NCBI GenBank assembly: GCA_963707635.1
Contig: OY970173.1
Coordinates: forward strand, 896,001-960,000
Length of the DNA: 64,000 nucleotides
Origin: Candidatus Latescibacterota bacterium
GTDB taxonomy: Bacteria > Krumholzibacteriota > Krumholzibacteriia > WVZY01 > JAKEHA01
Reading direction: 5' to 3'
Below are positions 40,759 to 50,424 of this stretch, piece by piece; positions within the stretch are counted from its first letter, which is position 1, and each line of letters opens with the position of its first letter. The translations under genes were made by a program, and so were the position numbers. The notes below the pieces were generated by a model. The model saw nothing but the letters and a program-made list of their open reading frames with translations, was not told where the DNA came from and did no database searches.

Positions 40759-41889
40759 TCACTTCGGTGGCTCCGGTGCCGGAGGGTAGACCGGCAGGTA
40801 CCGCACAGCCAGGTTGAACGCGCCGAATCCGAGCGCGACCAGCATCAACGTCACGAGCACCTCCGAGACGGCCGGGACATAGTGACCGCCCTGCGCGCCC
40901 TCGAGCCCGGTGATGCTGACGTTCAGTCGATTGGTAATGAACCCGAGTACCGTCAGCAGGCTGGCCGCGTAGAGCCCGCGCGGGCTCGAGCGCACGCGCG
41001 GCACCGCCAGCAGAGCCAGCGGCAGCAGCAACCCGATCAGGACCTCGAGCTGGAAGAGCGCCGCCTCGTAGGTGGGCTGGAAGGCCAGTGGCAGCACACC
41101 GCGCGCCCATAGATCCCGCACGCGTATCACCGCGAGCACGCCGAGGACTGCCACCAGCACACGGCCGAGCTCGGCAAGCAGCGGCATCTCGAGGTGACGG
41201 CCGAGGGCACGAGCCGATAGACGGGACTCGACGATCACCATGGCGAGGCCTGCACAGACCGACGACGCCCAGAAGATGGGCGGTAACCACTCCGTGTACC
41301 ACAACGGGTGGAGTTTCCCCGGCACGATCAGGTAGAGCGCGCCGAGCGACGATTGGTGCAGGGTCGAGAGGATCACGCCGGCGATGACGAGCGGCAGCAC
41401 GATGGCGCGCTGGATGCGCAGCGCGCGCTTCCAGTCGAGTCGCTCGAACACCATGCCCGAGAACTCGAGGCCGAGCACGGTGGTGTAGAGCGTCACGCAC
41501 CACGCGATCTCGAACATCACCGAGTGAGGATTCCACATGACCAGCGGGTGCCATAGGTTCCAGGGCCGGCCCAGATCCACCAGCAGTCCGCAGACCACCA
41601 GCAGGTAGCCGAGAAAAGCGGTGAGGATCGCGGGCCGCACAATCGGCCGGAAGCGCGAGAGGTGAAACAGATAGACGATGGCGGTGATGGTGAAGCCGCC
41701 CGCCGCCAGGCCGACGCCGCACAGCACGTCGAAGCCTATCCACAGGCCCCAGGGGTAGGTGTCCGATAGGTGGGTCACCGCTCCCAGTCCGCGCGTGAAG
41801 CGGAGCCACAGAATCGCGGCTCCGAATCCGACCAGAATCCAGAGAACGGCCCGCCAGAAGCCGAAGCTACGTAGTCTTGCGCGTGTCAT
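40759..41889 (-). CDS. NrfD/HybB family integral membrane subunit
   Basis: YPWGLWIGFDVLCGVGLAAGGF, DLGRPW, SVMFEIAWC, LSTLHQSSLG. Confidence 0.9.
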   Translation of the reverse strand: MTRARLRSFGFWRAVLWILVGFGAAILWLRFTRGLGAVTHLSDTYPWGLWIGFDVLCGVGLAAGGFTITAIVYLFHLSRFRPIVRPAILTAFLGYLLVVCGLLVDLGRPWNLWHPLVMWNPHSVMFEIAWCVTLYTTVLGLEFSGMVFERLDWKRALRIQRAIVLPLVIAGVILSTLHQSSLGALYLIVPGKLHPLWYTEWLPPIFWASSVCAGLAMVIVESRLSARALGRHLEMPLLAELGRVLVAVLGVLAVIRVRDLWARGVLPLAFQPTYEAALFQLEVLIGLLLPLALLAVPRVRSSPRGLYAASLLTVLGFITNRLNVSITGLEGAQGGHYVPAVSEVLVTLMLVALGFGAFNLAVRYLPVYPPAPEPPK

Positions 41890-42676
41890 GGCTGACCTCC
41901 TGCGGGGAAACGGGTGTGGGGGCGGCGAGACGCTCGGCGGCCTCCGCCTCTGCAACGTCCTGCCGGCGCTTCGTGATCCACCAGATGCCGAGCAGCAGTG
42001 CGCCGCCGATCGAGACCACGTCCGGCACGTGACTCAGCGCCGCCCAGGTTCGCGTCGGCAGCGGTTCGAGCGGCAACGAGTGCTTGAAGCCGAGCTGCTC
42101 GAAGGACACCGGGGAGAGAAAGAGCATCGACGTCCCGCCGACTTCGTGCTCGCCGTAGATGTGCGGGTAGTACGCATCCGGTTTGGCCTCGATGCGTCGG
42201 TGCGCTTCCGCGAGCAGCTCGTCGCGCGTGCCGTACACGGTGGCGGCCTCCGGGCAGGCTTCGGCGCAGGCCGGGATCTCCCCGTGCTTCCACCGTTCCG
42301 CGCAGAAGTCGCACTTGGCGACGCTCGGCACCGCCTTGTCCCATTCGTAGCGCGGCACGTTGAAGGGACACGCCTGCATGCAGTAACGGCAGCCGAGGCA
42401 CCGCGCCGCCTCGTAGACGACGGGGCCGTCGTCCAGTTTATGCAGGGCGCCCACCGGGCAGACGCTGACGCAGCTCGGGTGCAGGCAGTGCATGCACATC
42501 CTGCGCACGTACAGATCGTCGCGTTCCATGAGGATGGTCAGCGCCGTGGGCGAAAGGTCCTTGACCTCGTCGATGTTGCCGGCATGACCGTGCGCCTGCA
42601 TGCAGGCTTCCATGCAGGCGCCACAGCCGATGCAGCGCGTGATGTCAATCAACATCGATCTGGGTGATGGCTTCAT
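41867..42676 (-). CDS. HybA/FdnH-like 4Fe-4S dicluster protein with C-terminal TM
   Basis: CIGCGACMEAC, CMHCLHPSCVSVCP, CLGCRYCMQACP, KCDFC...PACAEACP. Confidence 0.92.
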   Translation of the reverse strand: MKPSPRSMLIDITRCIGCGACMEACMQAHGHAGNIDEVKDLSPTALTILMERDDLYVRRMCMHCLHPSCVSVCPVGALHKLDDGPVVYEAARCLGCRYCMQACPFNVPRYEWDKAVPSVAKCDFCAERWKHGEIPACAEACPEAATVYGTRDELLAEAHRRIEAKPDAYYPHIYGEHEVGGTSMLFLSPVSFEQLGFKHSLPLEPLPTRTWAALSHVPDVVSIGGALLLGIWWITKRRQDVAEAEAAERLAAPTPVSPQEVSHDTRKTT

Positions 42677-42690
42677 AATATTTCTCCTAC

Positions 42691-43368
42691 TCAATTCAGC
42701 AGAAACTCATGGACCAACCGCTGCCAGTCATCCGTGGGCAGATGGCGGGCGAAGTCGGCGACCGGTTCTCCGCCGTCCTGCAGGACGGACCCCGACAGGG
42801 CCACCAGGTTCAGGTCGAGCCGCTCACGCGCGTCTTCGGTCCAGCGCCGCGCGAGTGAGCCACCGAGCAGGTTGCGCAGACCGCTCGCGAGATCGCGCGA
42901 GCGAATCTTGGCCAGCCAGCCGCGCCCGTACGGCTCGTCCGTTGCAAGCGCGGGTTGCGCCCCGAGGCGCGGATTCACTTCGAGTACTTCTCCGGTCAGC
43001 GGGGTGACCAGGTTGGCGCTGCCGCTATCGGAGACAACCCGGAATGCCGGCTGTCCGGCGGCGAATCTGGACCCCACGGTCGGCAGCACCATGTTCTTGG
43101 CGGAGCCGACCAGGCGGCGGGCGAAATCGTCCATGCCGACCGCGGCGGTGTCGGCGCTCAGCGGCCGCACCCACATGTGGCCGAGGTGATAGAGGCGGTC
43201 TTCAGGAAGTTGATATCCGCCGACCCACACCGGCTCGAACGAGAGCGGCATCGGCACTGGATCGGGGGCCGCGCGAGCGGCTGCGCCCAGCGGAACATTC
43301 CGGCGGCCAAAGATGTAATCGCAGGTCATGAACACTGAGACCATTAGCAGAACGATGAGGACAGTCAT
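42691..43368 (-). CDS. Membrane-anchored GcvH-like protein lacking the lipoyl lysine
   Basis: AGGAGG RBS; N-terminal TM; YHLGHMW, VGMDDFA, PLTGEVLEVN, EPYGRGWL. Confidence 0.85.
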   Translation of the reverse strand: MTVLIVLLMVSVFMTCDYIFGRRNVPLGAAARAAPDPVPMPLSFEPVWVGGYQLPEDRLYHLGHMWVRPLSADTAAVGMDDFARRLVGSAKNMVLPTVGSRFAAGQPAFRVVSDSGSANLVTPLTGEVLEVNPRLGAQPALATDEPYGRGWLAKIRSRDLASGLRNLLGGSLARRWTEDARERLDLNLVALSGSVLQDGGEPVADFARHLPTDDWQRLVHEFLLN

Positions 43369-43407
43369 GGCGAGCCTCCTTGATAGTTGTTTCGACACTT
43401 CAGCTAT

Positions 43408-43423
43408 TACAAGGGGGATGCCA
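43408..43423 (-). promoter_or_regulatory. Putative sigma54 (-24/-12) promoter
   Basis: Minus strand TGGCATCCCCCTTGTA (consensus TGGCAC-N5-TTGCW). Confidence 0.55.
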
Positions 43424-43523
43424 TGTCCGCCGCCGTGCGCGGCGCGCGTTGCAACTGTGGGAACCAGCAGGAGGTTGGCGCGATGGACCGCGTTGAATCC
43501 AAAAACAGGAGCGGAGAGCGCGG

Positions 43524-43641
43524 TGTGGGGCTTCTCGACAACTTCAGCGAGCACGCGCCGCGTCGTCGCGTCTAAGGGCTTGCTTCTTTGGGAATTCGTT
43601 CGCTGTGGGACCATTCCACACCACCGTGGCGGGTTTCCACA
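43524..43641. promoter_or_regulatory. Three 17-bp imperfect palindromes (candidate enhancer sites)
   Basis: TGTGGGGCTTCTCGACA (43524), TGTGGGACCATTCCACA (43604), CGTGGCGGGTTTCCACA (43625). Confidence 0.55.
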
Positions 43642-43978
43642 GCTCCGATCGCGGTTACCCGCCTGAAGGGGATTCGGGATCGGTGAATGGCTCCCTGCGG
43701 CCGGGAGGCCGCCGATATCGAGAATCCGTTCACAAACAGTGTGGGCTCGTGTGTGGCAATAGTCAACAGCCATCGGACTTAATAGTCCGTATTATAGTTA
43801 TCTGATTGTATCTAAATTAGATATATCAATAGCCTGGCTGGCGTCCCGCAGTAGAAAACAGGATCTTGAGTCGAAGACGGAAGGGACCTCGGCCGAACTC
43901 GCGCAACCCGGGCAGCCGACGAGCCGGATGAAGTGCGCGAATCGCGGAAGGACTACGCGGGTCGCGTCCTCACGACGG

Positions 43979-45937
43979 TTAGCGTCGCCCGCCTGCGATC
44001 GTCCCCGCCTTCGCCCGCTCCGCGGTGCGGTTCGACGCGCCGACGCCCAGTTGCCGCACCGCTTCCGATACCTTCGCCAGCCACGGCGCCCGCCTGGCCG
44101 GGACCGGCCAGACGACCTTCGCCGACGAACGCAACGAAGTCGCCGGATCCTGCATCGTGATCACGACATCGAGCAAGTCGCTCCCGTTGGCGATCGTGAC
44201 AGCCGTCGGCGTCAGCAGCCCGCCGTAGAGCCCGGCGGGCTCGGTGGCCGGGTCGTAGTCGCCGTTGCCGTTGAGGTCGAGGAACGCCCCGAGATAGTAG
44301 CTTCCATCCGCGAGCCCGTCGTCGAGGGTGTTGAAGCGCCACTCGGGGAAGTCCGGCCAGGATGCAAACGTCCCATACAAGGGCGTTGCCGTCGGGTCAA
44401 AGCCGTCGGTGTCGAACACGCCGATGCCCATCTGGTAGCTGCCGCCACTGTGGCCCCCGCTATAGGCCACGGTGCCCGTGATCGCGCTGGGGTCGAACAG
44501 CGGGAAGTTGATGTTGGTCAGGTGAGCGCCGCCCGCGATGGTCACGCTGTCGGGCTCGAAGTCACCGGTGCCGGGGTTGGCCCCGAACGCGCCGATCGCG
44601 TCTCCGTTGGATGGGTCGATGTCGTTATCGCCATTCGTGTTCATGACGGCGATCGGGTAGTACACGTCGTCCGGAAGATGTCCGATGCTGTAGGTGTTGT
44701 TGCCCGCGACGATGCCGGTGCCGAGAATGAGGAAGTCGTCGTTCCCCGCGAACGGGAACTGGTTCGGTGCTACCACCAGCGCGCCGGTCGGATCGCTCGC
44801 GTAGTTGGACCCGGGGTCGCCGGCGAGGGTGCCCGCGAAACTCCCGGTCTCGAGCGCGTTTCCGGTGGTGAAAACGATGGTCACCGGGAGAACGATCCCG
44901 TTGCCCGCCAGGTCCATCACGCCGCCCGGGAGGATGCTCAGGGTGTACTGCTGGTCGTCCAGCAACGCCAAATCCGGATCGAACGTCAGCGTCTTGCCGT
45001 TGTTCGACCAGGTCACGGTTCCGTGGCCCGGATCGGGGATGAGTTGAATCAGGATTTCCATCTGATTGATGGCTTCCGAAAACGTGAGCGAGAGGTTGGT
45101 GTTCACGTTCACGCCGTAGGCAAGGTTGGCCGGCACCGACGAGACCAGCGTCGGCGGCGTGGCGTCGACGACGTTCGTCGTCCGGTATGACCACGTCGTC
45201 AGTGGCATCGCGTTGCCGGCGATATCCTCTACGGCGGTCAATGTCACAATGTAGAGAGTGTTGTACTCGAGCGGTTCCATCGGCGAGACCATGAAACTCA
45301 CCGCGTCCTCGGTCGTGACCTGGTACGGCACCGCCTGACTCGCATCTGATTCCCACACCAGGGTGTTGACGAACGAGCTGTAATTCACCGGCTCCGAGAA
45401 CTGGACGACCACCGGCTGGCCGATGCCCGCGCCGGTGGCATTCGGCGCCGGCGAGCGGTACACGATCTCGGGGGCGGTGACGTCCGGATTGACCGTGCCC
45501 GTGAACGACGTGGCCGTCGTGCTGGTGACGGCGTTGCCGCTCGCGTCGGCGACGCCCACGACGCTCATGTCGTAGGGAACCGTCCCCATCCCCTGCGTCG
45601 TCAGCGAGACGGTCCGTTGATCGGAGTTCAGCGATGCGGCCAGCACCTGCAACGTATCGCCGGGCGTTTCGGACCAGTCCTGCGGGCGGGGGGTCAGCAC
45701 GATCGTCTGCTCGATGATGACGTAGTTGTCTTCGTCTTCCGCCGATGCGCGTCCGAGATTCTCGTTGAACGCCACGTCGATGTGAGATTGATCGACCGGC
45801 GTCACGCTGGTTACCGCGGGAGGCGTCGTGTCCGGGTTGCCTCCGGACGGGCTGCCATCGTCGTTGCTGCAAGCGACGAGCGCGAGCATGATCACCAAAG
45901 CCGAAGCGGGAAGAGTGGTTCTGGAGAACGAAGCCAT
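43979..45937 (-). CDS. Lipoprotein with tandem bacterial Ig-like (Big_5/SbsA-type) domains
   Basis: Lipobox LVAC; repeated DxT(P/A)P...FSE motifs, D(I/L)AGN; DxNGxGD Ca-loop-like motifs. Confidence 0.8.
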   Translation of the reverse strand: MASFSRTTLPASALVIMLALVACSNDDGSPSGGNPDTTPPAVTSVTPVDQSHIDVAFNENLGRASAEDEDNYVIIEQTIVLTPRPQDWSETPGDTLQVLAASLNSDQRTVSLTTQGMGTVPYDMSVVGVADASGNAVTSTTATSFTGTVNPDVTAPEIVYRSPAPNATGAGIGQPVVVQFSEPVNYSSFVNTLVWESDASQAVPYQVTTEDAVSFMVSPMEPLEYNTLYIVTLTAVEDIAGNAMPLTTWSYRTTNVVDATPPTLVSSVPANLAYGVNVNTNLSLTFSEAINQMEILIQLIPDPGHGTVTWSNNGKTLTFDPDLALLDDQQYTLSILPGGVMDLAGNGIVLPVTIVFTTGNALETGSFAGTLAGDPGSNYASDPTGALVVAPNQFPFAGNDDFLILGTGIVAGNNTYSIGHLPDDVYYPIAVMNTNGDNDIDPSNGDAIGAFGANPGTGDFEPDSVTIAGGAHLTNINFPLFDPSAITGTVAYSGGHSGGSYQMGIGVFDTDGFDPTATPLYGTFASWPDFPEWRFNTLDDGLADGSYYLGAFLDLNGNGDYDPATEPAGLYGGLLTPTAVTIANGSDLLDVVITMQDPATSLRSSAKVVWPVPARRAPWLAKVSEAVRQLGVGASNRTAERAKAGTIAGGRR

Positions 45938-46048
45938 GCGGACACCTCCGTGCGGCGGGTAGACGCGAATGCTCAATTTAGTAGCGCGAACCGCCGTGGT
46001 TGTAAACATGATTCTCGCCCTCTGCGGCGCAGAGAAGAGTCCCGCGGG

Positions 46049-46939
46049 CTAGAGCGGAAACGCCATCCCCTCGCGCGCCACGTCCTTGCCGTCCACGATT
46101 GCCGGGTTCGAGTGGTTGAGGTGGATGAACCGGAGCTCCGCGCGGGTGCGTTCGAGCAGGGCGCGCGTTTCCGACATGAGCGGGTGCGGCACCTCCGACA
46201 TCTCGCGTCCCGGCAACTCGTTCATCGAGGCGAAGGTCCCATCGACCAGCACGACGTCGACGCGTTCCGCCAGCTCGCGGAGACTTCGATCCCATTTCTC
46301 CCACTTGTCGATGTCCGGGATGAACAGCGCCTTCGCGCGCGGCCCCTCGATCAGGAATCCGACTGTGTCGGTGAACTCATCGCGGTGCGGGACGAGCATC
46401 GGGGTGATTCGCAGGCCGTCCGGCAGCTCCACCGGCCGATCCGGCGTCAGCACCCGCAAATCGACGCGGCCGTCCTCGACCAGCAGGTTCCACGGCCCGT
46501 TGCCCTTCAAGAAAGCGACCATCCGCTGCGTCCCGTAGACGGGAACGCCGCTGGCAGCCATCGCCTCCTTGCCGAGGTACATGAGGCCGGTGTAGTGGCC
46601 GATGTGGGCGTGGGTGAGGAAGACTCCATCCGGCGGCTTACCGCCGGTCAATGCGTGGAGCTGGGCTGGGAAGTCGGGAGTGGCGTCGAGCATGTACGCC
46701 GTGCCCGTATTCCGATTGATCAACCCCAGGCAGCTGACCTTCTCGGCGCGACGACTACCCGCGCGGACGTCGGCGCAGGGCGGTTTCGCGCACCCGGGGT
46801 GGGGCATGCCGCCGTCCTGCGCGATACCGAGCACAACCAGCACCCAGCCGCTGGTATCCACCGGCGGCGCGTGCGCCGGCGCAGCGATCCCGAGCGCGAC
46901 CACCAGGAGCGCGGCGCAGCGCGTGAGCGAGGCGGTCAT
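46049..46939 (-). CDS. MBL-fold metallohydrolase (PqqB-like)
   Basis: LGIAQDGG, DATPD, THAHIGHYTG, VPHRDE, IHLNHSNP. Confidence 0.85.
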   Translation of the reverse strand: MTASLTRCAALLVVALGIAAPAHAPPVDTSGWVLVVLGIAQDGGMPHPGCAKPPCADVRAGSRRAEKVSCLGLINRNTGTAYMLDATPDFPAQLHALTGGKPPDGVFLTHAHIGHYTGLMYLGKEAMAASGVPVYGTQRMVAFLKGNGPWNLLVEDGRVDLRVLTPDRPVELPDGLRITPMLVPHRDEFTDTVGFLIEGPRAKALFIPDIDKWEKWDRSLRELAERVDVVLVDGTFASMNELPGREMSEVPHPLMSETRALLERTRAELRFIHLNHSNPAIVDGKDVAREGMAFPL

Positions 46940-46960
46940 CGTCGGCGAACGCCCGGGCGC

Positions 46961-47449
46961 CTAGAACGACCAGTTCACGATCGGGAACACGGGCAGGAAG
47001 CCATCCTGCGAAATGATGTTGATGACCCCGATCTGGAGCCCGTGAATCTTCTTGGCGTAGTTGACGAACCCAAACTGGAGTCCGTCGCCGTTCATGGTGT
47101 GATTCACGACGCCCCACTGCACACCCTCGAAGCTGCCCGCGTTGTAGTTGACCGTCGCGAGCTGGAGGCCTTTGAAGTCCCCCTCGGCGATATTGACCGC
47201 GCCCCATTGGAGACCCTTCGATAGGCCGGACGTGGTGTGGTTGACAAGCCCCAGATCGAACACCTGGACGGACGTGTTCTTGCCGTAGAGCAGGTTGAAG
47301 CGAAACGCCGTCACCGAGTCGGTCTCCTTCGCGATCGAGATCGGTGTGAACAGCGAAAGATTGACCGCCTTCTCCGCCGCGTGGCTCGGGATGACCGACG
47401 TCGTCGAGATAGCAACCGCGGATAGCAACGCAAGCTTTAGTATGTTCAT
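46961..47449 (-). CDS. Secreted short-repeat protein (GxQxGxVN; LA_2272-like)
   Basis: Signal peptide; GLQWGAVN, GVQWGVVN, GLQFGFVN, GLQIGVIN; ends PIVNWSF. Confidence 0.8.
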   Translation of the reverse strand: MNILKLALLSAVAISTTSVIPSHAAEKAVNLSLFTPISIAKETDSVTAFRFNLLYGKNTSVQVFDLGLVNHTTSGLSKGLQWGAVNIAEGDFKGLQLATVNYNAGSFEGVQWGVVNHTMNGDGLQFGFVNYAKKIHGLQIGVINIISQDGFLPVFPIVNWSF

Positions 47450-47546
47450 GAAGACACTCCTGGTTTGGACAGAACTCCCAGCGTCGTACGGAACGACAGC
47501 CGAACACAGAGTAGCACAATCGCAGTGGTCGTGTTAGGTTACCGCC

Positions 47547-50282
47547 ATGAGCACCCCACCTCGAGCCCTCCGTCCCAGACCGCGGCGTCCGCGTCGAACG
47601 GGCCTGATCGTCGCCTTCCTCGCCCTGGTCATCGTACTGCCCGTGCTGTTCCGGTTCGCCGCCGAATGGCTCTGGTTTCAGGCTCTCGGCTACGAGCGCG
47701 TATTTGCGACGCAACTGGTGGCGCGCACGCTGCTCGGCCTGGGCGTGGGTGCGGTCGCGTTCGCGTTTCTCTACGCAAACATCCGGATTGCGCTGCGCGG
47801 CGCCTTCCTGAATCCACGACTGGCCCAGATCACACCGGCCGGCCCCGTCGACCTGATGCGGCTCGTGCAGCGCGTGGCTTTGCCGGCGGCGCTCGGCGTG
47901 GCCGTGTTGATGGGTCTGGGAGCGGCCAGTGCGTGGCTCGACGTGCTCCGCTTCGCCCATCGGACCCCGTTCGGCGCGATCGATCCGGTGTTCGGACGCG
48001 ACGCGGCCTACTATGTGTTCAGCGTGCCGGTCATCGCCGGTGCGCTCCGTCTGCTCACCATCCTGACTGTCGTGACGCTGGCCGCGACCATTCTTCTGTA
48101 CGTCCTGCGGCGTGTCATTACCGCCTTCGGGCGACAGGTCACCATCGAGCTACAGGCCCGCTTGCACGTTGCGATACTCGTTGCCACGCTGTTCTTGCTG
48201 ACGGCGTTGCGAGTGCAGTTCGTGCGGCTGCCGGGGCTGCTCCACTCCACCACCGGCCCGCTGGTCGGAGCGAGCTACGCCGACTTGCACGGCACCCTCA
48301 TCGGGCTCCGGCTCGTCGCGTTCGCCGCGCTGATCGGGGCGGGGGTCGTGTTGTGGGGCGCGCGCGGTGCGCGCCTCGCCCGCGCCACGCTGCTCGCGGT
48401 CGGGCTGTACTTGGGCGTGTCCCTGCTCGGCGTCTCCATTTATCCGACCATCATCAACCGCCTCGTCGTGGCACCGAACGAACTGGTGAAGGAGACTCCG
48501 CAACTCGCCCGCCACATCGCCGCCACGCGCCGGGCGTGGGGACTGGACAGCGTCGTCACGCGCGACCTCACCGGCGAGGCCCACCTCGCCGAGAAGGACA
48601 TTCGCGCCAACGCGGCGACCATCGACAACATCCGGCTGTGGGACCGCGATCCGCTGCTGCAGACCTTCGGGCAGCTGCAGGAGATCCGCACGTACTACGA
48701 CTTCCTTTCGGTGGACGACGACCGCTACCTTATCGACGGCCGCTACCGGCAGGTGCTCCTCTCGCCGCGCGAGCTGAACACCGCGTCGCTCCCCACGCGG
48801 ACGTTCATCAACGAGCGCCTCACCTTCACCCACGGCATGGGGCTGACCCTCGGGCCGGTGAACCAGATCACGTCGGAAGGCCTGCCGGTTCTCTTCATCA
48901 AGGACCTGCCGCCGGCATCCACCGTGTCGCTCAAGGTGACGCGTCCGCAGATCTACTTCGGCGAGACTGCCGATTCCTGGGTGTTCGCCAATACCGGACA
49001 GCGCGAGTTCGACTATCCGTCCGGCGATGACAACGTCTACACGGCATACGAAGGGACGGGAGGCGTGCGCGTCGGCTCGTTGCCCCGGCGGCTGTTGTTC
49101 GCGGCCTACTTCCGCTCGATGAAAGTGCTGCTGTCGAGCGACATCACCAACGACAGCCGCGCGATGTACTTTCGCAACATCCGCGTCCGCGCGCTCAAGG
49201 CGCTGCCGTTTCTGGCCTTCGACAGCGACCCGTACCTCGTGATCGACGACGAAGGCCGCCTGCGCTGGATCCTGGATGGCTACACGCGGACCAACCGCTA
49301 CCCGTATGCGCAACCGCTCACCAACGGCATCAATTACATGCGCAACAGTGCGAAGGTGATCATCGACGCCTACGACGGCACCGTCACGGCGTACCTCGCC
49401 GATCCGGCGGACCCGCTGGTGCAAACGCTCGCGAAGGTGTTCCCCGGCGTCTTTCACCCGCTCGACGAGATGCCCTCGGACCTGCGCGCCCACCTTCGCT
49501 ACCCCGAGGGTCTGTTTCGTGTTCAGAGCGACATGTACGCCACCTACCACATGGACGAGCCCGTGACGTTCTACCACCGCGAGGATCAGTGGCAGAAGCC
49601 GGTGTTGTCGGTGCCGGGGTCCACGCAGGATCCCTTCCTCCGTCACATCGTGATGCGGCTGCCCGGCGAGAAGGACGCGGAGTTCATCTTCATGGTGCCG
49701 TTCACACCCAAGGGCAAGGACAACCTGGCCTCGTGGATGGTGGCGCGCAACGACGGGGAACACTACGGCAAGCTGGTCGTGTACCGCCTGCCCAAGCAGA
49801 GCCTCGTGTACGGGCCGTCGCAGATCGTCAACCGTATCAACCAGGACACCGAGATCTCGCGGCAGATCTCGCTCTGGGACCAGCGCGGCTCGGAGGTGAT
49901 CCGCGGCCACCTGCTCGTGATCCCCATCGAAGAGTCGCTCATCTATGTGCAGCCGCTTTATCTGCGCGCCGAAGGGGGACGCATCCCGGAGCTCAAGCGC
50001 GTCGTCGTTGCGTACCAGAACCAGGTCGTGATGGAGGAGACGCTCGAGGCGGGACTGTCGCGGCTCTTCGGCGGAACTGTCCCGACCACAACCGCTGCGG
50101 TTGTGCCGCCGCCACCCGCAGGAGATGGCGGGATCGCGGACCTCTCGCGCCGCGCGACTGAAATCTACGAGCGCGCTATCGCGGCGCAGCGTTCGGGCGA
50201 CTGGGCCCGCTACGGCGAAGAGCTAAAGCGGCTGGGCGAGCTGCTGAAGCAGATGGAAGCCGAGGCAGGTCGGGAGCGGTAG
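47547..50282 (+). CDS. UPF0182 family membrane protein
   Basis: WLWFQALGY, DPVFGRD, NIRLWD, QEIRTYY, FTHG, NYMRNS, IPELKRV. Confidence 0.93.
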   Translation: MSTPPRALRPRPRRPRRTGLIVAFLALVIVLPVLFRFAAEWLWFQALGYERVFATQLVARTLLGLGVGAVAFAFLYANIRIALRGAFLNPRLAQITPAGPVDLMRLVQRVALPAALGVAVLMGLGAASAWLDVLRFAHRTPFGAIDPVFGRDAAYYVFSVPVIAGALRLLTILTVVTLAATILLYVLRRVITAFGRQVTIELQARLHVAILVATLFLLTALRVQFVRLPGLLHSTTGPLVGASYADLHGTLIGLRLVAFAALIGAGVVLWGARGARLARATLLAVGLYLGVSLLGVSIYPTIINRLVVAPNELVKETPQLARHIAATRRAWGLDSVVTRDLTGEAHLAEKDIRANAATIDNIRLWDRDPLLQTFGQLQEIRTYYDFLSVDDDRYLIDGRYRQVLLSPRELNTASLPTRTFINERLTFTHGMGLTLGPVNQITSEGLPVLFIKDLPPASTVSLKVTRPQIYFGETADSWVFANTGQREFDYPSGDDNVYTAYEGTGGVRVGSLPRRLLFAAYFRSMKVLLSSDITNDSRAMYFRNIRVRALKALPFLAFDSDPYLVIDDEGRLRWILDGYTRTNRYPYAQPLTNGINYMRNSAKVIIDAYDGTVTAYLADPADPLVQTLAKVFPGVFHPLDEMPSDLRAHLRYPEGLFRVQSDMYATYHMDEPVTFYHREDQWQKPVLSVPGSTQDPFLRHIVMRLPGEKDAEFIFMVPFTPKGKDNLASWMVARNDGEHYGKLVVYRLPKQSLVYGPSQIVNRINQDTEISRQISLWDQRGSEVIRGHLLVIPIEESLIYVQPLYLRAEGGRIPELKRVVVAYQNQVVMEETLEAGLSRLFGGTVPTTTAAVVPPPPAGDGGIADLSRRATEIYERAIAAQRSGDWARYGEELKRLGELLKQMEAEAGRER

Positions 50283-50424
50283 CCCCTTGCCCGGATAGTG
50301 TATAATAACCGACAAAGACAGCGCGTGCGCTTCGCGCATCCCACTGCCAGCCGTCGCATTGCCACCGCGGTGTCGCTCTCTCCCGCCGGGAAAGAGTTCC
50401 GCCGGTCAACGTGGAGGCCCCCTC

